A DNA stretch of 64,000 nucleotides from an uncultured Gammaproteobacteria bacterium (GTDB taxonomy: Bacteria > Patescibacteriota > Patescibacteriia > S139-126). Position numbers and translations under genes: made by a program. Of this stretch, positions 1 through 8,331 are shown in pieces; the stretch's first letter is position 1, and each line of letters begins with the position of its first letter. The notes beneath the pieces are model-generated. The model saw nothing but the letters and a program-made list of their open reading frames with translations. It made no database searches and was not told the origin of the DNA. The DNA lies in the NCBI GenBank assembly GCA_964493305.1, contig CAZBLW010000002.1:142812-206811 (forward strand). The letters are read 5' to 3'.

Positions 1-2
1 AA

Positions 3-785
3 AATATACTGAAGCTGATGGACGGCGAAAAAGCTGACATGTGTTTTACAGATCCTCCGTATATTCTTGATTACCTTCATACAAAGTATAAGGGCAAGGG
101 TACAGGCTTCGGGTTCAAACGCAACAGAAAATATCTCGGTACCGACGTTCTTCCTCCCGACTTTACTGAAAGGTGGATGGCAAATATTGCTAAGATCGCC
201 AAACCTGATTTTCACATCATTGTCTACGAGAACTGGAAAAACATCCGAACTATTTGGGGCGAGATGGAAAAATACTGGAAGGTAAAAAACATGCTGGTCT
301 GGCATTTGCCGAATCGTACGCAGGGGTTTGCTTCCAAATACAGATTTTTCTCCAAGCACGACATTGCCATGGTCGGAACTTCAAAGAAAATACGGTTTAA
401 CCTTGAACCGGAAATAGAAGAACTGCAAAACGAATACGAAACCGCGCTTTATGCGATTGCCGGAAAACCTCAATGGGAAGGCTACGAGAAAGGTAAAAGA
501 ATCTGTCCTACTGATTTTATTGAATACAAAGCGGCTGATGAGAAAAATTCCGGACAAGGTGTGGTATTCGGCACTAAACCTATTGAGATCCTTATTCCCT
601 ACATTAAGGTGCTTACCAAGCGCGGCGACTTAATCGTTGAGCCATTCGGCGGATCAGGAAGCACTCTGATTGCGGCCGAGAAAATGAAGCGAAAGTGCTT
701 TGTCATAGAGAAATCGCCAGTATACACAGAGGTGATCATTCATCGCTGGGAAAAATTAACTGGGATTAAAGCTAAAAAGCTATGA
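3..785 (+). CDS. DNA N6/N4-methyltransferase (beta class), 5'-truncated; paralog of the ParB-MTase at 5173-6501
   Basis: FTDPPY motif IV precedes EPFGGSGSTLIA motif I; frame is open to the window edge. Confidence 0.9.
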   Translation, partial: NILKLMDGEKADMCFTDPPYILDYLHTKYKGKGTGFGFKRNRKYLGTDVLPPDFTERWMANIAKIAKPDFHIIVYENWKNIRTIWGEMEKYWKVKNMLVWHLPNRTQGFASKYRFFSKHDIAMVGTSKKIRFNLEPEIEELQNEYETALYAIAGKPQWEGYEKGKRICPTDFIEYKAADEKNSGQGVVFGTKPIEILIPYIKVLTKRGDLIVEPFGGSGSTLIAAEKMKRKCFVIEKSPVYTEVIIHRWEKLTGIKAKKL

Positions 786-1150
786 ACAATGCCAAAAAGA
801 GAAAGACAATCAAAACGCGTCAGGCAAAAGAAAAAGCGGTTTTGATTGAACAGCTGAAGAAATATCCGATTCAGTTGTTGGCCTGCGAAAAAGCAGGCAT
901 AGGAAAAGCCACTTATTATCGATGGCGGAACGAAGATCCGAAATTCGCCAAAGCAATCGAAGAAGCAATGGCTGAGGGTGATGAATTTATCAACGACATG
1001 AGCGAACATCAACTGTTGTCATTGATAAAAGAAAAATTCTGGCCGGCAGTTCATTACCGTCTTGAAAAGCGTCATCCGAAGTACAACAAAACAAAGGTCG
1101 AAATTAATTTACCGCTGGATGTTGAATTTCAGCATCATCAAAAAAATTAA
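782..1150 (+). CDS. HTH protein, terminase small subunit-like
   Basis: ACEKAGIGKATYYRWRNEDPKF HTH; lies between MTase and TerL, overlapping the MTase stop. Confidence 0.7.
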   Translation: MNNAKKRKTIKTRQAKEKAVLIEQLKKYPIQLLACEKAGIGKATYYRWRNEDPKFAKAIEEAMAEGDEFINDMSEHQLLSLIKEKFWPAVHYRLEKRHPKYNKTKVEINLPLDVEFQHHQKN

Positions 1151-1154
1151 ATCT

Positions 1155-2426
1155 ATGTCTGAAAAATACTTAAGCTTATACAAGCCGAGAACTTGGGCAA
1201 TCCCGTTCCACGAAACCGACAAGCGTTGGATGGTGCTTGTGGTTCATCGACGGGCCGGAAAAACAACCGCGGCTCTAAATTACCTGATATACGATGCGAT
1301 AAAGAAACCCGAAACAAAATACGCGTATATAGCCCCGACCTACAAGATGGCTAAAAGCGTTGCCTGGGGTATTTTGAAAAGATACACAAGATTTCCGGGT
1401 GTAATATGCAAAGAATCTGAATTGACGGTAAATTTCCCCGGAGGATCAAAGATAACGCTGTATGGCGCGGAAAACCCGGATCGGTTAAGAGGGATAGGGC
1501 TAAATGGTGTCGTATTTGACGAATACGGCATGCAACCAGCCAACATATTCACGGAAGTTATCCGTCCGACACTTCTTGAAAACGGCGGATATGGAATCTG
1601 GATCGGAACACCGAAAGGCAGGAATGAATTTTATCTGTTGTATGAAATGCGTAAAAACGACAGCGAATGGTTTACCTGTCATTTGACCGTGGATGACACT
1701 GGAGTTATTGATCAGAAAGAAATAGAGAACTCAAAAAACACAATGTCGCACGAAGAATTCATGCAGGAACTTTACTGCTCGTTCAACTCTTCCATAAAGG
1801 GTGCTGTTTATGCGGCACAGCTTGAGAGGGCAAGGAATGATAACCGGATAGGAACAGTTCCTTGGCAACGCGAGCATAAGGTGTTTACGGTTTGGGATAT
1901 CGGCGTTGGACCGGCAATGGCTATCGGCTTCTATCAGCGCATTGGCGCAAGAATGCATATGATAGATTACTGGCAAGGAACCGAGAATGACGGAATCGAT
2001 CAGGCGGTTCAGGCCGTGAAAAGAAAAGAATATATTTATGGATTGCATTTTGCTCCGCACGATATCAACGCCCGGGAAACCAGTACCGGAAAAACAAGAA
2101 TCGATTTCGCCAAAGACTTGGGATTGCCATTCAGTGTTATTGAACTGAATAAAGTAGATGACGGAATTCAGATGGGGCAATTCATGTTCGACAGATTAAT
2201 GATCGATAAAGAAAAATGCGCACTTTGGATTGATGCGATTTCCGAGTACAAAAGGGAATGGGACGAGAAAAGAAATATGTTCAGAGAAATTCCGTATCAC
2301 AACTGGACTTCCCACGCCGCCGATGTTCACCGCTATGCGGCTGTCGTAGAGAACAGAATGGATGATGGCTATGATGATTATCCCGATATACCCGTGAAAG
2401 AGATTAGCTATGATCCGTACTGGTAA
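1155..2426 (+). CDS. Phage terminase large subunit
   Basis: Walker A HRRAGKT, YIAPTYKMA, Walker B VVFDE, IGTPKG, nuclease motifs WDIG and SHAAD; ATG at 1155 preferred over 1062. Confidence 0.88.
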   Translation: MSEKYLSLYKPRTWAIPFHETDKRWMVLVVHRRAGKTTAALNYLIYDAIKKPETKYAYIAPTYKMAKSVAWGILKRYTRFPGVICKESELTVNFPGGSKITLYGAENPDRLRGIGLNGVVFDEYGMQPANIFTEVIRPTLLENGGYGIWIGTPKGRNEFYLLYEMRKNDSEWFTCHLTVDDTGVIDQKEIENSKNTMSHEEFMQELYCSFNSSIKGAVYAAQLERARNDNRIGTVPWQREHKVFTVWDIGVGPAMAIGFYQRIGARMHMIDYWQGTENDGIDQAVQAVKRKEYIYGLHFAPHDINARETSTGKTRIDFAKDLGLPFSVIELNKVDDGIQMGQFMFDRLMIDKEKCALWIDAISEYKREWDEKRNMFREIPYHNWTSHAADVHRYAAVVENRMDDGYDDYPDIPVKEISYDPYW

Positions 2427-2449
2427 ATAAGGGATTTTGAGGGCAAAAA

Positions 2450-2500
2450 GTTATCAACTCGGGACGCTCTGGACTCCTGGTGAGGGTTGCGTCATCCATT
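2450..2500 (+). promoter_or_regulatory. Conserved element upstream of the recombinase (copy 1)
   Basis: GTTATCnACTCGGGACGCTCTGGACTCCT...GCGTCATnCATT matches 20340-20390 in the same register. Confidence 0.6.
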
Positions 2501-2507
2501 GTGTTGT

Positions 2508-3848
2508 ATGGAAAATACAACATTTACGGCTGGTTTGGGGAGTATTAAGAGGCAGACTGTCCAACCCCAGCCGACCAAAATCAAATACTGCCTCTATGCA
2601 AGGAAATCGACCGAGAGCGAGGAGCGGCAAGTCCTCTCTATTGATAGTCAAGTCAAAGAGATGATGCAGCTCGCCGAACGCGAAGGTCTTGATATCGCCG
2701 AAATCAAACGCGAATCGCATTCGGCAAAAGAAACCGGACAAAGGCCGATCTTCAATGAAATCGTTGAAGAAATCAAACAGGGAAAATTCAACGGCATTTT
2801 AACTTGGGCGCCTGACCGTATTTCCAGAAACGCCGGGGATCTTGGGAAAATAGTTGACCTGATGGATGCAAAACTTTTGCAGGAAATTCGCACTTACGGT
2901 CAGCGGTTTAGCGATTCTCCAAATGAAAAATTTTTGCTGATGATTTTAGGATCGCAGGCAAAACTCGAAAACGACAACCGAGGCATTAACGTAAAACGCG
3001 GACTGAGGACAAGAGTTGAAATGGGATTATGGCCGGGCGTAGCACCCCTTGGATATCTCAATCAAAAACTAATGGATAAAAAGTGCCAGATTATTGTTGA
3101 TCCTGCACGGTCGCCGATGGTAAAGAAAATGTTTGAAAAAGTGGCATACGAACACTACTCAGGCAGAAAGATTTACAACTGGCTCAAATTTGAGCTGAAT
3201 TTTCATACACGCGGAAACAAACCGTTAACACTGTCCGGGGTTTACCGCATACTCGATAATCCGTTTTATTACGGACCATTTGAATATCCAAAAGACAGCG
3301 GTAACTGGTACCAAGGCAAACACCAGCCATTGATTACCCAAGAGCTGTTTGAAAAAGCTCAGGCTCAGTTAAAACGCGACCAAACAGTCAGAGAGAATAA
3401 AGAATTTGCTTTTACAAAACTGTTTACCTGCGGCTACTGCGGATCAGGAATCTCGGCAGAAGAAAAATGGAAAGCACTCAAAGATGGGACATCGGCGCAT
3501 TACATTTACTACGGCTGCAGTCGGGCAAGGGATCGAAACTGCAAAAACAAATACATCCGGGAGGAAGAATTGATTGATGAACTTTTGAAGATTATAGACA
3601 AAGTGAATATCAATGAGTTGGGCATGAGGCAGAAGCTTGAGGATGAGATTAGGCGGTTCAACAAATTACAGAAAATCGTAAACGGCAGAACCGGGCAGGC
3701 ATTAGTCGAGGAAAACGAAGTGAATATACGACAATATGCAAAATATCTTTTGAAAGAAGGCAGCGTGTCAGATAAACGCGAACTGCTGGCGAACTTAAGA
3801 AGCAGATTGAATTATAAAGACAAAAAAATAACCTTGATTGAGGAATAG
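2508..3848 (+). CDS. Large serine recombinase (integrase) of element A
   Basis: YCLYARKS catalytic Ser, DRISRN, recombinase domain, Zn-ribbon CGYCG...YYGC...NC. Confidence 0.93.
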   Translation: MENTTFTAGLGSIKRQTVQPQPTKIKYCLYARKSTESEERQVLSIDSQVKEMMQLAEREGLDIAEIKRESHSAKETGQRPIFNEIVEEIKQGKFNGILTWAPDRISRNAGDLGKIVDLMDAKLLQEIRTYGQRFSDSPNEKFLLMILGSQAKLENDNRGINVKRGLRTRVEMGLWPGVAPLGYLNQKLMDKKCQIIVDPARSPMVKKMFEKVAYEHYSGRKIYNWLKFELNFHTRGNKPLTLSGVYRILDNPFYYGPFEYPKDSGNWYQGKHQPLITQELFEKAQAQLKRDQTVRENKEFAFTKLFTCGYCGSGISAEEKWKALKDGTSAHYIYYGCSRARDRNCKNKYIREEELIDELLKIIDKVNINELGMRQKLEDEIRRFNKLQKIVNGRTGQALVEENEVNIRQYAKYLLKEGSVSDKRELLANLRSRLNYKDKKITLIEE

Positions 3849-3853
3849 ATCAA

Positions 3854-3889
3854 AACAAAAAAGAGCGATACGAATCGTTCTTTTTTGTT
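3854..3889 (+). terminator. Intrinsic terminator after recombinase A
   Basis: AACAAAAAAGAGCGAT-loop-ATCGTTCTTTTTTTGTT hairpin with U-tract. Confidence 0.7.
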
Positions 3890-3899
3890 CAACTTTTTA

Positions 3900-3987
3900 T
3901 AGGCACTCGGGTCGCTGACCGCTCTCGATTACTCGGGTCATGCCGATAAAAAATTGTCTTGGCGGTGATCTCGGGTTAAGTACCCGT
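3900..3987. repeat. att junction between elements A and B
   Basis: TAGGCACTCGGGTCGC (3900-3915 = 23332-23347) and CCGATAAAAAATTGTCTTGGCGG (3943-3965, 22/23 identical to 23376-23398), followed by a degenerate copy of the tRNA 3' end (3960-3987). Confidence 0.8.
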
Positions 3988-4090
3988 GACCTCAATGTTT
4001 ATAAGAGTATTTTAGCACGAAAATAGCTAGACTGACTAGGCATGTGGGTCGGGGTCTGATTTAACCAAAATGCGACAAATGCGACAGTAC

Positions 4091-4267
4091 TTAGGACTTC
4101 TGCTTTTCGGCCTTTCCAATGGCTCTTGCTTGGGCTGTTAAGCCCAATCTAGTTAGGCGTAATATGGATATTCCAAACTCGTTTGCCTCCTCTTTACTAA
4201 GATTTTGGCCATAATCTCGCTTAATAATTCTTTGAAGATCTTGGATCGTTTTCTTTTTTAACCGCAT
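4091..4267 (-). CDS. Small 58-aa protein (MRLKKKTIQDLQRIIKRDYGQNLSKEEANEFGISILRLTRLG...), not in the ORF track
   Basis: Manually translated ATG(4267) to TAA(4091), open throughout, AT-rich upstream region, adjacent to att. Confidence 0.6.
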   Translation of the reverse strand: MRLKKKTIQDLQRIIKRDYGQNLSKEEANEFGISILRLTRLGLTAQARAIGKAEKQKS

Positions 4268-4347
4268 ATTATTATTGGTTACTAATAAATTATAAAAATT
4301 TCTAACGCCATTTATAGGATCGCGTAAAAGTGATAAAATGTAAATAT

Positions 4348-5034
4348 ATGGCCGAGAATTTAATTAAAATAGACGACTTCTCCCAAGAAACACGCAATAA
4401 GATTGTGGAGATTTTAGATATCATTTTATACAAACTTGAGTTATTTCTCGTCACCAATAATGATGCTGAAAAAACTGACCACATTGAAACACCTTTCTTT
4501 TACAAAGAGTATAAACATCTTAGTTTGCACGATGTTAAAAAAGTAACTGAGATTTTAGAAAAGCATTTTGGAAGGCTTGGCTTTAAATTTCCCTTGAGAG
4601 GTATTGATAAAACAAAAGCGACCGCGTCTTGGAAAAACCTTTATGACGAAATTAAAAACTTTCGTGATTCCTTAAAATCCAAGAGGCCGATTCTTTCTGG
4701 TGACAATATAGTAGATATTTTAATTGTAAAACCAAACACCGACAGCAATAATTATTTGGTCGTTGTAAATCAAAAATTCAATACACCTATAAAAGCAGAT
4801 CGCGCTAAACCATCATGGGAATTGTTGTTTCAAATTGCAACCGACAAAGAAGTTACCTATTCCGATAATCATAAAACCAGTTTAGATTTTTTTAACTCAA
4901 ATAAGAGATGTAAGATCTATACTCAAACTGGTTTATCTCTAACTAAAATATTACAAAGAGAAAGTCGAAATATTGTGCCGGCTGTTAGGATTGGGATCAT
5001 AACCGAAAAAGCGTACAAACAAAAAATCGCTTAA
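4348..5034 (+). CDS. Hypothetical protein
   Basis: Long ORF followed by a terminator; no recognised motif; ATG at 4348 preferred. Confidence 0.7.
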   Translation: MAENLIKIDDFSQETRNKIVEILDIILYKLELFLVTNNDAEKTDHIETPFFYKEYKHLSLHDVKKVTEILEKHFGRLGFKFPLRGIDKTKATASWKNLYDEIKNFRDSLKSKRPILSGDNIVDILIVKPNTDSNNYLVVVNQKFNTPIKADRAKPSWELLFQIATDKEVTYSDNHKTSLDFFNSNKRCKIYTQTGLSLTKILQRESRNIVPAVRIGIITEKAYKQKIA

Positions 5035-5062
5035 GCCAACTTAAAAAGTGGATAAATATGAG

Positions 5063-5086
5063 ACCGCTTGAAATAAGCGGTTTTTT
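5063..5086 (+). terminator. Intrinsic terminator
   Basis: ACCGCTT-GAAAT-AAGCGGT plus T-tract. Confidence 0.7.
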
Positions 5087-5172
5087 CGTATTTAAAAAAC
5101 ATCATTTCGGCCTAAATTAAGCTCTTTTTTCTTGAAATACTAAAGGTATTAATAAGTTAATCAAATAAAATT

Positions 5173-6501
5173 ATGAGCGACACAAAACTCACAATCGTGG
5201 AAGTTCCGATCAATGAACTTCGGGCATCGGAGTATAACCCAAGAAAACACTCCAAAGAGCAAGCAGATCAACTTAAAGAATCTATAAAACGATTCGGGAT
5301 GGTTGATCCAGTAATTTGTAATATTGCGCCAGACCGCAAAAACGTAATCATCGGCGGCCATTTTAGAGTTGAAGTAGCCAAAGAAATGGGCATGGTAAAT
5401 GTACCAGTGGTCTACGTTCAAATCACTGACCTAGATAAAGAAAAAGAGTTGAATCTTCGCCTAAACAAAAATGTGGGAGAATTTGATCTCGAGTTGCTAG
5501 CAGAATTTGACGAAGCATTTTTAAAAGACGTTGGATTTACCAGCGAAGATATTGATAACATATTCCCGACCGAGGAAAGTGTTGAGATATTTGATATACA
5601 AGGTGAGCTAACAAAAATAGGAATAGATAATATTACCGTTCAAAAAGGAGACATTTATGAGTTAGATGGATCAAGATTAATGTGTGGTGATTCAACCATA
5701 GAATCAGACATGAACACCCTAATGAAAGACGTTAAAGCCGACATGTGCTTTACAGATCCACCATACATTCTAGATTATCTCAAAGGTAAAACCAAACAAA
5801 AAGATGGAGTGACTACAGGTTTTGGTGCTAAAAAAAATCGTCGTTACCTTGAGACCGATGTTTTGCCGGACAACTTTACCGAATTATGGATGAAAAATAT
5901 CAGTAATATAGCCAAAGAAAATTTCGCAATTATCGTATACGAAAACTGGAAAAATATTCGCACCATTTGGAATGAAATGGAAAAGTATTGGCGAGTAAAA
6001 AATATGATTGTATGGCATTTGCCTAACAGGGTCCAAGGGTTCTCCTCTAAATATAGATTTTTCAATAAACATGATATTGCAATAACTGGAGCGACTGATA
6101 GATTTGTTCTAAATGATGAGGACGAGGACGAATTACTTGAAAACGAATACGAAACAGCCCTTTACGCAATAAGTGGTAAACCACACTGGGAATCATATGA
6201 GAAAGGCAAAAAGATTTGCCCGACCGACTTTATTGAGTTCAAGTCGGCTGATGAAAAATCGTCAGGACAAGGAGTAATTTTCGGCACCAAGCCAACCGAG
6301 ATATTAATTCCATACATTAAAGTACTTACAAAGAGAGATGATTTGATTGTAGAGCCATTCGGCGGAAGCGGATCAACATTAATCGCCTCAATTAAAATGC
6401 ATCGCCGCTGTTACCTCATGGAGAAGTGTCCTACCTACGCGCAAGTAATACTAAAACGCTGGGAAAAAGAGACTGGCAAAAAACCGATAAAGATAAACTA
6501 G
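5173..6501 (+). CDS. ParB/Srx-domain fused DNA methyltransferase (phage type)
   Basis: N-terminal YNPRK...IIGGHFR ParB-like domain; DPPY and EPFGGSGST MTase motifs. Confidence 0.9.
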   Translation: MSDTKLTIVEVPINELRASEYNPRKHSKEQADQLKESIKRFGMVDPVICNIAPDRKNVIIGGHFRVEVAKEMGMVNVPVVYVQITDLDKEKELNLRLNKNVGEFDLELLAEFDEAFLKDVGFTSEDIDNIFPTEESVEIFDIQGELTKIGIDNITVQKGDIYELDGSRLMCGDSTIESDMNTLMKDVKADMCFTDPPYILDYLKGKTKQKDGVTTGFGAKKNRRYLETDVLPDNFTELWMKNISNIAKENFAIIVYENWKNIRTIWNEMEKYWRVKNMIVWHLPNRVQGFSSKYRFFNKHDIAITGATDRFVLNDEDEDELLENEYETALYAISGKPHWESYEKGKKICPTDFIEFKSADEKSSGQGVIFGTKPTEILIPYIKVLTKRDDLIVEPFGGSGSTLIASIKMHRRCYLMEKCPTYAQVILKRWEKETGKKPIKIN

Positions 6502-6502
6502 T

Positions 6503-7021
6503 ATGATCAGGGGCAAGATTAAACAAAAATTACTCAAAGAAATTGAAAAATTCGGCAATGTATATTTGTCTTGCCAAAAAATTGGAGTTGATAAAGCGAC
6601 TTACTATCGCTGGAAAGATAATGATGAAGAATTTAAAAAGCGAGCAGAAAGAGCCGAAGAAATTGGTCGGGAAAATATAGGTGAAGTGGCTGAGTATAGC
6701 CTTTTGCAAAACATAAAAGAAAAGAACCAACGAGCTATTGAGTTTGCTTTGGTTAATGTTTCAAAGAAATACAAACAAGACAGGACTACTAATGTCATAT
6801 TCATGCACAAAAAAGATATAATTCCAGACGTACCTCAAAAAACGATCGAGGACATGCTTGATGAGTATGCAGAAAGACGAAGGATTGAATCTATTGGCAC
6901 TGTGGGCTCAAAACACGAGATGGATAAGCCGCCAGTAATGCTTCAAGAGAATCAAACGCTTTCAGATAATCAGAACTCAAATTCTGCCATTCAGGACATG
7001 AAGCTGGATAGTAGTACTTAG
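6503..7021 (+). CDS. HTH protein, terminase small subunit-like (paralog of 782-1150)
   Basis: SCQKIGVDKATYYRWKDNDEEF; C-terminal tail overlaps the convergent nuclease gene. Confidence 0.65.
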   Translation: MIRGKIKQKLLKEIEKFGNVYLSCQKIGVDKATYYRWKDNDEEFKKRAERAEEIGRENIGEVAEYSLLQNIKEKNQRAIEFALVNVSKKYKQDRTTNVIFMHKKDIIPDVPQKTIEDMLDEYAERRRIESIGTVGSKHEMDKPPVMLQENQTLSDNQNSNSAIQDMKLDSST

Positions 7022-7928
7022 AAGTTCGATATGACGAAGTATAATATTTGCCGGTTGTTTGAGAGCTTGCTGAAGTTTGAGACGAAGATGAATCAGTTGC
7101 ACTTGAAGTCGTGTCGCCATTGCAGGTATCAAGAGACCATAAGCCTCTCAGATTTTCTTGAGCTGATTTCTGAGCCGCCTTAAAGTTTGCTTGATATTTA
7201 TATGGCGTGTTGTATGTGTATTCGTGAGCATAACCTTGTTCAATCATGTATTTGTTGTAGAACAAACCATCTTCGCGATAAATATATGCAAGGCGACGAT
7301 TGTATTTATCAAATTCACCTTGAGTTGAATCTTTTTCAATTCTAACTTTCTTGCCGATCAATAATTCTTTAGCTTTATTTGAAGCTTCTTTACCAAAACA
7401 TTGAACTGGTTTTCTTGGATCGACTACCTCTGGAGTATCCATGCCGATTAAGCGTAATGTCTCAATCGTACCGCCTATATTCACCTTTATAGTGTCGCCA
7501 TCTACAACGCTTGAAACGGAATAATATTCATATTGTGAATTATTTTGAATTGCTGGAGTCGGAACTGTAGTTGTCTTTTCTGTTTGAGTCGTCTGAACAT
7601 TTTTAGTTTGTTGAGCTTCTGTCTTGGGTTGCTCCTCTGCTGTTGTAGTAGGATGATTTTCAATGACTACCTCAGGGTTATTGATTTGCGTTGATTCCTT
7701 GTTTTCACTTTCAACAGAAGCACTCTCATTGCTGATTGGCTTTTCTGTTTTCGGAGTAGTTATACCGATACCAAAGAAAGAAACAATTATTATTGCAGAA
7801 CAAACAATCGCAATGGTTTTCCTTTTAGGAATAATTTTAATTGCCCGTTTAAAAACAGACGGCTTAATTAATCCGACAATTAAAGAGATGATTGATAGCA
7901 ATAATGTTAATAAAAATATGTAGGTCAT
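6891..7928 (-). CDS. Membrane-anchored thermonuclease (SNase family)
   Basis: Two N-terminal hydrophobic helices, T/Q/E-rich linker, VVDGDTI, RLIGMDTPE, DKYNRRLAYIY. Confidence 0.88.
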   Translation of the reverse strand: MTYIFLLTLLLSIISLIVGLIKPSVFKRAIKIIPKRKTIAIVCSAIIIVSFFGIGITTPKTEKPISNESASVESENKESTQINNPEVVIENHPTTTAEEQPKTEAQQTKNVQTTQTEKTTTVPTPAIQNNSQYEYYSVSSVVDGDTIKVNIGGTIETLRLIGMDTPEVVDPRKPVQCFGKEASNKAKELLIGKKVRIEKDSTQGEFDKYNRRLAYIYREDGLFYNKYMIEQGYAHEYTYNTPYKYQANFKAAQKSAQENLRGLWSLDTCNGDTTSSATDSSSSQTSASSQTTGKYYTSSYRTSKYYYPASCPEWQNLSSDYLKAFDSLEALLAAYPSRVLSPQCQ

Positions 7929-7941
7929 ATGGTTGGAAAAC

Positions 7942-8162
7942 AAAAAACCAGCTGTCTTATAGCTGGCGATAGAGATATGTGTGGATACACAGAACCCCGC
8001 GCCAGCTAGACCTTACGGTCCCATACCAGTTTCCCGATATGACCCATGGAAGAGTCGCTGAACGCGGGGTTCAGTATCTTCGTTGGGTTTTCCCGACCAT
8101 ATCCTTTGGGGAAACCAAAGGGGTTAGGTCGCTGGCCTTTCGACCAGTAATATTAAATTGTT
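7942..8162 (-). ncRNA. Putative structured RNA / riboswitch-like leader ending in an intrinsic terminator
   Basis: GC-rich multi-stem region with three GNRA tetraloops on the minus strand, a perfect 10-bp stem (7992-8001/8063-8072), terminator 7948-7966 plus U6, and an extended -10 TGGTAAAAT at 8177-8169. Confidence 0.65.
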
Positions 8163-8331
8163 AAGTACATTTTACCAGAAAATCCAAAGGATTTAAAGGC
8201 CTCTGTACTTTAGCTTAATAACAGGGGTTTGCGAAGTCGAGTTACCAACAGCTAAATTCTGTGAATATTGGAATTTAATATGTCCATATTTTTGATTTTG
8301 TGATAAAATAATTATAGAGAAATTCAATCTT

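Larger units (their letters stand above)
1..3965. mobile_element. Integrative element A (left end outside window): MTase-TerS-TerL-large serine recombinase-att
   Basis: Gene module is paralogous to element B; right-end sequence 3900-3965 matches 23332-23398 next to tRNA-Ser. Confidence 0.75.

Noticed and set aside
3960-3995. Second functional tRNA gene
   Set aside because: Only a degenerate T-arm/acceptor 3' remnant; no TTCGA loop, D-arm or anticodon arm.
7979-8164. 61-aa + strand ORF
   Set aside because: Non-ATG start, no recognisable protein features; coincides with the GC-rich structured RNA, whose GNRA loops and terminator point to the minus strand.
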